Translations under genes and position numbers: made by a program
In this document: one piece after another, positions 34,601-46,600 of the stretch
How the letters are laid out: every line of letters begins with the position of its first letter
Position numbering within the stretch: position 1 is the stretch's first letter
Assembly (NCBI GenBank): GCA_000708835.1
Contig: DF237025.1
Location: 155,667 to 219,666 of the forward strand
DNA length: 64,000 nt
DNA from: Klebsormidium nitens
Taxonomy: Eukaryota; Plantae; Klebsormidiophyceae
Direction of reading: 5' to 3'
Notes under the pieces: generated by a model
The model's input: the letters and a program-made list of their open reading frames with translations, nothing else
Databases searched by the model: none
What the model was told of the DNA's origin: nothing

Positions 34601-37015
34601 TCCTTCAGTAACCCCAGCTGCGTAACCAAGAAGTGGAACGTGCTGGGCGAGGTGCGCGTCGGCGTGTTTGCGCACCGCGATATCCCACGCGGCGAGGAGC
34701 TGACGTACGACTACGACTTCGAGTGGTACGGCGGGGAGAAGGTGCGCTGCCGCTGCGGCGCGGCCAACTGCATTGGCTTCCTGGGCGCCAAGTCGAAGCG
34801 GTTCAAGGAGGATCTGGTGCTGTGGGAGGACGACGACGAACGGTGCGCGCTCGCCCCATTTTCGGGTCGCTTTTCAGAGGTTTCGGGGTTAAATTTTCTT
34901 GTGAGGTTGTTCAGTGTTCTGTTTTGAGATTGTTTTCTCGCTCTGTGCCTTGAGCGCTACAAGGAGGACTTCACGCTGTGGAGGACGAGCTGAAGTTGTG
35001 CTTAGCGCTTTTTGGTAACTCGGGTTCTAGGGTTTGCACTTTGAGGATTCGAGAATTTGAGGGCATTGAGCAGATTCTGTGTTTTGTATCAAAGCCCGTC
35101 GAGGACCTCGTGCCATAGGACGACGATGATAAGCGCTGCCCGCGTGCACAAGTCTCGATTTTATGTCGAATTAGGTGTATGTTGAGTTAGATCAGTTCCC
35201 CGGGCTCACACAAACTATGAACCTAAACCTAAAATTAACTTGCTCCGCACCTGTACCCACCCTAAACCCCCAAATTAACCCCATCCGTCCCCCGGGCATG
35301 ACCTAACTCAACATAACCGTAACTCAACGTAGAATCGATGTTACTCTCGCATCCGCGCCTGCCCGCTTCTTGGGGTGCAGGATCTGAAGACTCAACATTC
35401 TGAGTCCTATCTGAAAAATTAAGTATTCCCTATGATTGTCCTGTCTTTCTTGTAGATGTTCTCTTTTCGTTGTTGTTTTTTTTTCTTTTGCCTGGTTTAT
35501 CAATTTCTGCGTCCGCTGCTTAGCTTCGCCCTTGGCGATCGGTCTTCCCTTTCCCCCATTGTTGGTCCTTGTTTCGTCCACGCTTCTCTTGTTCCTTCGT
35601 GCTGTCGTTCCTGTTCCCCAATTCCGCTGTACCTTGTTTCTGGGAGCCGTTGGTTCTAATCGGCCGTTGCAATCGCCTCTGTGTAGTCGCTTGCCAGAAA
35701 AGCTGGTTATTGCCAATAATCGCGTCATTGAACGATGACGATCATAATCAGCATGCATGCCCTTCGTCATATCCGACCAAACCTTCCGGATACGTCCTAC
35801 ATTACAGACGTCTCTCAAGTTCTCCGGCGTGGTTGTATCGAGCTTTTTCCACTCTACTCCTCTTCTGCGGCCACTGCCTGCTTGCAACCGATCAGCTCGG
35901 CTGTAGGGCTGTATTTGCGTGCTTGTGGATCGAGTTTCTATACTTTGCCACAGAACTGAAAGCTCAAAAGCGTGGCAATCCAGGGAAGCGTACGTCTCTC
36001 TGTTTGTTTCGTTTCTGTCGCTTGTCGCTGTTCTGAAGTGGTAGCTTTTGCCCTGTCGTCCAGATATGAGATCGACAACGTGCCCACTTATGACTCGGAC
36101 GACGAGCCTATCGGCGGGCGGCAGCACGCCTACTACTCGTCAGACGGGGAAGCGTTCTCGGGTGACTCTGGCGGCGTATTTGACACCCTCAGGAAGGGCG
36201 ACTCTGCAGCCAGGCCGCTGACCCAGAAGGTCGCCCGTAAACGGAGTCCGGAACCCGGTGTTGAGAACGGGCGGCCGGCTTTGCCGCTGAAGAAAAGAAA
36301 AGTGGGGCAAAGAGTTGGGGACACGGAGACCCAGCAACTGGAGGGAGTGTCAGTCTTGGCAAATTCGGACGCGGCAATCGAAATTCCGACTTCTCAAGTT
36401 GTGCGGTCCAGTTTCGAAGTGTCTGCGTCAGTTGACGGAATCGCGATTGCGGGGGCTGGCCTGGCGGGGCGATCGACGGTTGTGGAGGGCCAATCGCACG
36501 ACCGGATGCGACCGGGGTCCAAGCCTGTGCGAAAGCGGGTTAAGAAGGAGGTTACTGGTTTGGCAGCCCGGTTAAGGGTGGTCAAGGAGCACAAGAAGGT
36601 GGTTAGGGGCTCGGGGATCACGGGGGGCCGGTTGGTGGTTACGAAACCGAGTGCGAAGGCGCTGTTGAACGGTGGGCGGAGGGGAAGGTTGAGGAAAAAC
36701 TTGGTGGTTAGGGATGCGTTAATCAAGAAGGTTAGTGCGGTCGAGTGGGTCCCGTCGGAGGCTGCAAGGAGGGAGATTCTGGCGAAGGAACGGGCGTTGT
36801 CCGAAGCGAGAGCGGATCTGGAGCGATTGGAAGAAGAGCTCAGACCGAAGATGCAAGCGTGCGTTGAGTCAAAAGGGGCATTAAATGTTGCGGATGCGAA
36901 GCGGTGGGTGAGCAGTGAATGCCTGGTTGCCAAAGTGGCGTTTGAGAGACACTTCGCATACATCATGCACGGGCTTGGACTTACGGACCTTGTATCTGCT
37001 GCTAGCTTGAAGTGA
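31688..37015 (+). CDS. ASHH1: AWS-SET-postSET histone-lysine methyltransferase, ASHH1/SDG26-like
   Basis: Exons ~31688-32075, 32549-32766, ~33260-33346, ~33680-33765, ~34166-34258, ~34609-34842, ~36064-37015. AWS CECRPSEGCALDHCLN...CPCGEECQNQ; SET GRGWGL, FVVEYCGEII, RFINHSCNP, GEELTYDYDF; postSET WYGGEKVRCRCGAANCIGFLGAKS followed by WEDDDERYEIDNVPTYDS, which I recall as ASHH1-typical. Confidence 0.85.
34805..35145 (+). repeat. Degenerate copies of the ASHH1 exon 6 3' end in the following intron
   Basis: aaggaggatctggtgctgtgggaggacgacgacgaacg|gtgcgcgc recurs as aaggaggacttcacgctgtggaggacgagctgaag (34961) and gaggacctcgtgccataggacgacgatgataagcgctgcccgcg (35101). Confidence 0.6.
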
Positions 37016-38514
37016 AGATACAGATTAAGCAAGACTGCAACCGTCAGGGGTGAAAACACGCCTTCGAATGTGTTGCGACCAGCTATGCCTACCAAGTAAG
37101 CCTTGAAAAGCGATGCGCCTGCCATGCAGTGCCTGAAATATTGAAAATGTCGGACACGCTAACCCGGCAACTCGTTGCGGACTCTCTAGCTTCAAAGCCG
37201 CCTTATACTCCACTTTGTGGCCACGAAATGAAGCCGGCTGCAGGCACGTAGAAACGACAGCGCGACGGTCGTGTCTCGGTGCATCGCAAAGTACTGTTAA
37301 GTCACAGGTTGCGCGGCCCTGCCTATACTAACATCAAATTTAAGCAACGGCGAGCGCGCAGTGCACATTTGGGGCAGATGGGCGAGTCCGGTTCTAAGTT
37401 AGTACTAGCAAAAGCACATGCAGGCTGCCATATGTGGCATGAGCTGTGACTAGCCATAAGTTTGTCAACGGGGCCGGGCGCGAGGCCAATCCGCGTATGG
37501 ACTCTCGAGCTAGATCGTTCAAATGATGCGTGCTCGCATGTGACATGTGCCATGTATATGGACTCATTCACAGCTCATGCAATCGCTGAGCGCGCTTTCT
37601 CAATGCCACGGCCCATGCTGGTGTACCTCACGCGTTAAGCTTGAGCTACCGGCCTGTGCCATGTGAGCGCGGGGCCCGCGCAGCCCTGCCAGTGAGGCTG
37701 CCTGTACGTAGGCACCATGATGTTCATATGCTGGCACGTGTTCCACACATAAGTCAATGATGCGTGGGAGATATAGCTTAGTTTGTTTTTGAATAATCAA
37801 GTGCACAGGCGTTGCTTTGAACACCGTCGAAATTTGTTGAATGCATTGCGGCGCACGTACCTATATATATATTGAGCAGTGGGACCGTCCCTTTCGGAAC
37901 CCAATATCTTCAAAAGCTCAAGCTTCAGGTTCAGCTGGCTCACACGGAGTCTCAAAAACTCAGAGACCACTTGCAGCTCACTGATTTTCATGACTGTTTT
38001 AGCATTGGCCAATCGGGCCCCTCTGCAATCTACAATTGCAACGATACCTATCCTCCTGCACTCAACACCAAACATTGTCCTACGATGTGTTACAATGTAT
38101 GTTGTTCCCTTTCTAAGCTGCACCTAAGCAAAATCTGCGCATGCTAGCTAAGGCTAACTCTCTGTCTATACAAACTTTCTTTCTATCCTAATCCTCTGAT
38201 AAGCTCCGATCGGTTACAATGTGCTAAACTAAATTTCCCGGCCCGCCCTGGGGCTTGAACAACACAATTCTGCCGCGCATCCCAAAAAATCTGCACAACG
38301 TTTGTTCTTGACTGCCAAAACACACCCTGTCTAATCCGTTGATCCCGCAGCTGAGGTCGTCAGTGGAAGTATGGCTCCTCTCTCCCAAGTGCTTGGTCTA
38401 CAGCTGTCCTCAACACTCTGCTCAGTCGAGGAACGCAAACACAATGGAATCTGCATGAGCCCTAGAAGCCAGTCATCTTCGAGAACATACAACCCCTTTA
38501 CAGACCCGTGCGGA

Positions 38515-40881
38515 TCAAAGTGGGAAGCCCCGGTTTGGAACCATGGTTCGCATAGCATTGAAATGCTGACCATTCCCATACCGGTTCGAATCAAAACCCC
38601 CAAGGTTCGGAGTATGCAGCTTCCCCCCCAGGTCGAGCGGCGGGCTGGCCTGGTAAACTACGGGGTCAAGGTTGACCTCTGTGCCGAACCGCGACTCCGG
38701 CTGGGCAAAATCCCGGTACTGGAGGCCCATGAGAATCGGGTTAAGGCCCGATAACGCCCCCGGAGGGCTCAACGAGATCCCCGTCTGCTCTCTAGAAACC
38801 CGCATGGGGTCTGAGTGGACGCTCACGCGCATGCTATCTGAATGCAATGGCAACCGCATGGTTTCCGGATGCATCGGCAACGACATGCCCCCCGTCAACC
38901 CCCCGTCAAACATTGACAAACCTGCGCCGCTGTGAGAACCCCCGTTTCGAGACCCTGTCTTCATCGCTGTGCCGTACTCCGCTTTAGAAGGCCCTAGCAT
39001 CCCAGCTGCCTGGCCCGGCTTTGCCGAAGGGAGCGGGGCGCACGCGCTGTCTAGGGGGGCACGATCGGCAGGCCCCAGCTGCCCCCCGCTAAGCACTTTT
39101 TCGACGGCGGCCTGGCATAGGTGCCATTTGCCACTCCAAAGCAGTCCCACACTGCAACAAAGGAAGGAAGCGTTCGGATCTGCACAGGTTTTTTCCAGTG
39201 GGTGCTAATGCAGACCGGGCTTGGCCGTTTCTTGACACGCTAGGCCATAAAGTCGAGCTTGGAAAGACGACCTAAAGAGTTGCTGACCACCATACGTTGA
39301 GAAGCAAATCCTTCAGAAGGTTTCGCTTGCTTCGGCATATAAGCACCACCAACCCGAATAAGCACCACCAACCCGAATGCTTTTAAAAACTCCTGCGAAA
39401 GGATCAAACAGCTGCTGTGAACGACTTTGGGAGTTGATTCAAGGAAAGCAACAGCGTCTCAAACACCAACTGGAAAAGCTTGCTTCCGACCACAGGTGCA
39501 AGACTTACACACCAAATATAACTCCAAGTCAGGCAAAGCGGCAGACTTGGTTTCGACCGACGATGTTAAGATGTACCTTCCCAACAAGCAGGAAGAAGGA
39601 AAAGAGAGATGACTCGTCAGAATAGGAGGAAGAGCAAAGGAGGGGAGGAGAGAAGGGTAAAGAGAAGGAAAAAGGCAGATCATTGTCTTCCTTACCTGCC
39701 ATACACAGGATTGATTGTCCGCCCGCATGCCTCATACAGCAATGACTGGAACAGCGCGGGGCGTTGCGCTTCTGGCACCGCACTGCAAAAGGCGGTCAGG
39801 CCGGCCCGACCAAAGAACTTGGACAGGAACACGGTAGCATAGCCCTGCAAACAAAGGTTGATTCCAATCGGGATGTATACAGCATCTGAGGGCAATCGAA
39901 GCTTGACTTTCTTTGCTCGGTCTGCCAAGAAGGTGAGCAACATGGACAATAGTGAGATACGATGCAAACGAAGATGGCACGAGAGCCCTTCTTGAATGAG
40001 CTTGCGTGGGCCAGCTGCAGTGAAATCTCCTGGAAGCTATACATAACTCGAGTGAAAGCAAACGTTAATGGACAGGGAGACAGTGGCATAATCTGCAGAG
40101 GGTATGTCAATGGCAACTAACTCGCAGAGCTGGCAACCAACTCGCAGAGCAGAAACAGTTTTGAATATTGTGGGTTGGTAGAGTGCGCTTTGTCATGTCT
40201 GCAAAATGAAGAGCTCCCCCGGAAAGTGGACAATGGCAGATGGGATTTTAAGCTATCACAAGGACAATCTAGTCAGGAAAATGAACTCCGCCCTCCCAAC
40301 CTCAGTACACACTAGGCAACGACGCTGCTAACATAGGCGATGATACCGCCGCTACCTAACTTGACATGCTAGTGAATGCAATTTTAGGCGCAAAATGGCA
40401 CCACTATTGGCAGCAGCTCTGGAGCATGACAGCCTGTGTCAACCGTGCAAGATCTGGAAGTACAATAAGCTCGACATGCAAGTACTCTGCTTCAGCTGCT
40501 GCTGCTAACATCAACCGCAATTGCTCAGCAGTTTTAGCAGCGCTTCCGGTTCAGTACGTCAGAGACGGGAATGCACACAGAAATTCAAACCCCTCCAGTT
40601 GGAGCTCAAGGACACCAAAGATAGCAACAGAGAAGCTGGACAATCGGACTATGACAAAAACCATCCTGAGCAAGAGAAGGGGTCTTGCTGGAACCATGTA
40701 GGAATCATGACCAGCTCGCACAGACGAACAATCGCAGCCAAAAGCAAGCGTCTGCTGTCGCACGAACACTTTTCAAACTGCGCACCTGTGCTTCCTGCCC
40801 CTCGATGCCGCTCAGGGAGCTTCTGAGAGGGCATTTGTCGCTGCAGCCTTTCCTAAGGACGCGGCACGCTACGCAGCTCAT
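38515..40881 (-). CDS. LBD: Class II LOB-domain (LBD37-42-like) transcription factor
   Basis: Exons 40881-40786, 39844-39696, 39151-38515 splice in frame to [107 protein letters not shown]2CX6CX3C motif plus the class II KFFGRAG / [11 protein letters not shown] signature. Exons 1-2 are not annotated in the ORF track as such. Confidence 0.93.
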
Positions 40882-43601
40882 CTTGACCGATATTTAACCT
40901 TGCAGAACAAAGAGCGGCGCCGCTTTAGTAGACTCAATGGTCCCTTGAAAGCAAAACTACTGGATGTGGTTTTTGTATTTCTGGTGTGTAAGCAAAGTAG
41001 GAAACACTGGTCCAGAATGGCTTGTATATTCCAAGTAAGAGTGGGAAGCCTCTCTCACTTAGCCAGCACATGTCCAACATACTGCATTATGAGGCGTAAA
41101 GAAGGTGCTTTACCTGCTCAACAAGGGCTGCTGTGCTAGTTAAAGCAGGGTCTCCAACCTTCTAAGTTTTCTCAGAAGGGTTTATGCTCTCTTTGCCTTT
41201 TGGCCGCCACAAAGTGATACTAGCAAGGGAAAAACCATATTGCTACTACAAGCTCCCTAGCAAGTGGGAACCATCTCCTAAGGAACCCTTCTACCATTCC
41301 CTCTTGAGTAAAGGCTTTAGGTTTTATTCAGACGGCAGCCTCGCTGTAACTGCGATAGATAAGCGTCAGCTGGAACTCAACATGCACAGCTTTGAGTCTT
41401 CAGTCCTAGACATGCTGTGCACTTGCTTTTAACTGGAAGCTGGGAGGCGTCAACATTTCAAAGTGTTCTTAAACGCTTGCAAATGTGAAATACGGAAGTC
41501 AGCTTTAGTACTTGAGTCTGTACAACCATCAGTGGCAGCTTCAAATGCGCTGGTCACCTAAGCCATATACAGCTTTTCGGCCAAGAGAACAGTTTGTCAA
41601 AACGCTTGCTGCCAGAACAGAAGCTGTGCATAATGTAGACCATCGTATCCTTTGTCCATCATGCTTTTAAGAGCCTCATGAAGCAGCTTCATTTTCAGAC
41701 AACCATTACAAATAGTGCTCCTACCTCACATCCCCGGCTTTGACTCCAAGTCTGAGTGAAAACCAAGCAACTGGACAGGGGGGGCATGGAAAACTCACTA
41801 AACGACTGGCTCGTCCAACTTTCGCTCTCTCCTGCTGCAATCTCGACACAGGCATGGGACGAGCTTTGCCGACCGTCTCCAGCTCCAGTTGCACCCCCAC
41901 ACGCTCAACCTCGAGCCTCTTTTTCCAAACCTTCTGCTGACGTAGCTAACCACCGTCTTCCTGCACTCTTCCTACAGCTAATAGGAAGGCATGGCCCTCG
42001 TATGGCCTGGTCATTCAGAATCATTGCCTTGCAGGCTGCCAAGACAGCGCGAATCGAAATGGACTAGACACCACAAAACCGACTTTTTCGGACCTCTGCA
42101 ATTCAGCCTGCTTCCTGGCAGGTTTAGGGGGCGGCCATGCTTTTGAAATTTGATTCAAGGTTCCTACCTTTACCTGAACTGTGAATCACCTTTGAGTCTC
42201 CAGGCTGGAAAGCAGACCACAGCTTCCTGAATCTTGCTGAATCCTGAACAGAAGACTGTGGGGACAGCCTACACTGACCCCAAGCATTTACTGTTCCGCA
42301 CGATCATCATATGATTGCGTCATGATAAGCGAAGTTGTAACCGGTTCATCGGACGGTAGAAAGGGCTTTACTTGGAAGTACGTGTCATCATCGACAGCCG
42401 AACCAAAGAGAAGGTTCCTGGGGGGCCCGAGTACTGTTGAACTGACCCCCTTGATTGCATACTCCACTTTTACTGACATCATGTAAGGCACGTGACTGGA
42501 TAAAGGCGGATATTGACACTGAAGAAAATATCGTTGGAATGATTGCTGGCGTTTTGGGACAAATTTGTCACACATCCACGCCGTCCACAAATATAGAGAG
42601 GCCGCGCGCACCGTCGATCTACCTACTCCCAAAACCTCGACGGCCGTTCGGAGTCCCGATTGTAACGGGGTAAATCATCATTTCAGGGCCCGCAACATGA
42701 GCTGGCTGGCAGGTATAGGAGATTGATATAGGACTTCCGACTCTATTATCTACGTATCGTTGCTAACGACAGGCTCATCCCCGCTGAGCCATAAAGACCT
42801 TCGGCTGTTTTGGCGGTCCGTTCGACCGGCTCCTCCACATGTGCGCCCAGCGCGCAGCAGCTCTGAGAGTCGGTGATGAGAGTCAGGTTGGAGACGAGGC
42901 TTCTCGTCTGTTGCGCTATTAACATCAGCGCATCTCAATTAGTCTTCAGCGCAGCTAGGCCAGAGCCGTTCATCATCGATCGGCTCTTGCAGTTTAGAGC
43001 ACGCTATAGGTGCGAGGCCTTTGGCGATATGTCTAGTTTCGTTAGTCGCGTTGATTTGTTCACGATTGCTAGAGCGAGGCATAGCAGTGAGGAGTGACAT
43101 TTGAGGTGATGTGGCATTTACATGCGACTATAGCTTCGAGTTGGCTTGGCCAACGACCATTGTTCATATTGTTATAACAACAATATTTTGTTATGGTTAT
43201 TGTGACTGAGTGGAACTTGAAATGTTCGCATGCGGCTGATTGCATTCTTGGTGTTCAGATTGACTTGCCACGTCGCACGGCTGAATTTTGCTGGGCGGCC
43301 CTTGGCTGGAATCTACTGAAATATGAGGGAAGCCGCTAATCTAGTTTATGAAGCAAATTAGCCTGAGCTCCGAGGTATAATCACATGCCAACAAAAGGCA
43401 TAACATTGCCAGGGGGTCACTTCCGAACCAAACCTGATGTCAAATGTCATGCACAATTTATGGAGCTCGCTCAATTGATGCAACACAGATCTGTTTTGAG
43501 GACCATCAACATGCAACCGCACAATGTAGAAATGCATTCACGGGAGAAGACAACTTAGCATACCCGCCGGGATAACACGTGGCTTGCGAAAGATCGCCTC
43601 T

Positions 43602-46600
43602 TCACTTTCTGAACAAGTTCCTAAACTGCTCGTTAGTTTTTGGGGTCTCGTCCCTCGCCGCTGCTTGCCCTGCTCGCCCTTTGATGTTCCTCGGCACAAA
43701 TGTTGTTGGATCGCCCACTAGCTGCAGATGGCCCCCTCGTCGGTGGCTGACAACTGAACGGGGCGGGTTCTCCCACCCGCCTTGCCCCCCCCTCGGTGGG
43801 CCTCTTCCTTGGCCCCCTCTACCGGGTGGCCCCCTCCCTCGTCCCCGTGGTTGTTGCGGGCCTGGGTACGATGAGGGGTCCGACTTTTCGACACTCAGCT
43901 TCCGCCCACTGAACTCCACCTCGTTATGCTCGATGGCCCTCTCAAGCCCCTCGTCCGTCTCAAACTCGACATAACCAACGCCCTGCAAGACATAAACTGA
44001 CTAAGCATCGCGCTCCGTGAATATCCGACCCAGCTGATAATTCTCGAGGCGGGGAACAAAAGGGCTAACATCGGGATGGCCATCACTCAGTTCCGTCAGC
44101 TAACTTCAAACAATGAAGCCGGGGAAGATACAATTCCACAGAGCTCTTCAGAGTAGATAAGCATTAGAAAATGCAGGACGGAAGCAGCGGCTTGCACGTA
44201 ACAGACAACAACAACAATAGCTCCAGCTGAGACTCAAACTTTCGCAAGCCGCCAGAAGACTGACGTCAGCCCAGCCGGAAGGACTCTCCGATTCCATCCC
44301 TCACCTTCTTCCGGCCAGTACGCTTGTCCGTGGGCAACCGGACCTCCTTCACCGGCCCGAACTGTGAGAAGAAGTCGGCGACGTCCTTTTCCTCCGCCTG
44401 CAGCAACAGCAAAACGAACGAAACTTTTCACCCAATCACAATGAGCATTTAGCGGGCGATACGACTTCTTCAACCTGTTTCCGCTTGTCTTCCGCTCTTA
44501 GACTGCTATCTGATGTCTCATATCAAGTGCACTCCAAACAGAGCTCGGTAACCAGGACCAAGCGCGAGTCCGCCAGAGCATTACGGTGAGTTGAAAGCGC
44601 ATGCTCAGACGCAGGGGTTCCGGTTCAATTCCGTTCCTTCGTTCGTTCTCGCATCGTCTGATATCGCATTTGGATTCCATTTCCAACTTTCGGCCATCGC
44701 AACGTGCACCAGGCGTCCGTTACGGCCGGCAGGGTTTCCGCAAGAAAAGGATTTTGGACTCCATGCAGCATGACGAAAGCAAAACCTTTGTGAGGCAAAC
44801 GGCAGTCCTAGAACCAGCCCCAAGGTAGGCGGCCAATCTGCAGACGCACTCGTCAGTCGGCGCCTTTGCGACACCGCAGACATCGGCAAAGGAACCAGCT
44901 TGACTATCAAAACCCAACGGGCCGTACAAGAACAGTGGCTGAACGCCCCACCTCCCACGGCAGGTTCTTGAGGAACGCCGTCCTCTGATCCGAATACACC
45001 GGCCGCTTCTTCCCCCCCGCCTCCTGCCCCCGTTCCTCCGGCTGCTCCCCGGCCCCGCTCGTCCCCGCCGCCGCATCTCCGTGACCGGCGTCAGCATCCG
45101 TCATGCTGACGTCAGCCCCAGCCGCCGGCCCCGCCTGCCCGCTCTCCTCCGGGACTCCGGCCTGCGCGGGCGGTGCCGGCTCCTCTCTTTGCTTCTTGGG
45201 CCTCCCCCCGTCTTCTTGAGCATCTTTGAACCCTAAACCCCGTTTCCTTTTTGGGGGGGGCGCCGCCGCAGGTGCTTTTCCCGGGGGCTTCGGCTTACCC
45301 CGGGCGGGCTCGGTTGGGCGCGGGCTGGGCTGCGGGGCAGCGGCGGCCGCCTTCGCGTCGCGCTGCTGCTGAAGTGTGCGGAGCTCAACCAGTCGGGGGC
45401 CGACCTTGGCGGACGCCTTGTCGAAGTCGTCTAGAGTGCCCACCTGCCAACGGAACGGGGGTGTAGTTGTGTCAAAAGTTGTGTAATTCGGTGTTGACAC
45501 AACCCAGATAGAGCAGTATCTTAGGAGAAAGTAGGTCACGACCGCTACCTGCAAACTGACATCGGCATGCGAGGCAATGGAACTACGTTGGCCTGAGATG
45601 ACGTGTCAGCAGATCGTGTGAAAATCGAGAAGCGGAAGCAAGGAACTCGGCATCAGGAGCAAGAACGATATAGTTTAGTAGATCATTCCGGTTCGTTATG
45701 CCGCTCACTTGACAGGCCGTCGCTTCACGCATCATCACGAGCAAAATGTTAATCCTAACTCGGCGCACCAACCGTGGGATCCAAGACAGTCAACTAGTCA
45801 GTCGCACGCCCAGTGGCTCACCTCCTCCTCAAATTGCAGCCATGCCAGGCACATCGCTTCCGTTCCGTTCCCCTCCAGCCCCCGCCCGTACACCCGCCGG
45901 AACAGCTTCCGGCACTCCTCGAAGTTTTTTAATCCCTTCTCCATCTCGACGAAAGCTGCCCACGGCTCCACCATATGGCCCCGCGTTTTGAGCACTCCCT
46001 CCCACACGCCCTCCGCCGCTTTCACGTCCCCGTTCACATTCAATTCAACGCCCGCCCAGTATCTCTCCAGCCGGAACGAGCGGTCGACCCAGTCGGGGAA
46101 GAACTCTTTCAGCAACTCTGCCGCCTGTGTGAACACGCCCCGGAGCGTATCCCTGTCGCCGGCGGGCGCGTTCGCACCGGCCGCTGCGAGCCTCCTCCTC
46201 AGCCCTGCTGCGCGGGTAAGAAAAAGCTCCTGGTAGTCCTCGGCCGAGGCCTGCAGCCCGGCGCTCAGCGCCGACTCGAAGACCGCCCGGTGGGTCTCCT
46301 CCGACGCCCCCGACCGCTCGAGAGCGAGGAGGTAACGCACCCAGAGTGCGGACACCCACGGGCAGTTTCGGATGGCGCGCGCGTAGATTCGGACGGCCTG
46401 CTGGTGGGCCTTCAGCTGGGTTTCGACGAACTGGCCGTAGCGGAGCCAAAGGTCGTGCGTGACGGGGAAGTCGGCGATGGCGCGTTCGTAAAGAATCTGG
46501 ACTCGGGACGGCTCGCGTGCGGACTCTTCAAAGGAGATGTAGGCGAGGTAGCTGCTCAGGAGGGCGGCGTCGGTGGGCTTGTCGGTGACCTGCGTTTGAA

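Noticed and set aside
35170-35325. C/A-rich tract with CCTAAA/CCTAAC words resembling interstitial telomere
   Set aside because: No consecutive perfect telomere units; too degenerate to call.
38575-38600. GGTTCGAATC T-loop-like motif suggesting a tRNA
   Set aside because: It lies inside the LBD coding exon and no cloverleaf stems can be formed around it.
15470-40881. Possible nitrogen-metabolism gene cluster (UreH-like transporter, PYD3, class II LBD)
   Set aside because: The genes are interspersed with unrelated ones, and CGF proteins are not shown to serve urease. No shared motif was seen, so co-location is likely chance.
42288-42673. Overlapping 114-aa and 72-aa ORFs upstream of the LBD gene
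   Set aside because: No ATG-led conserved motif, no consistent splice chain and ordinary composition; likely UTR or intergenic.
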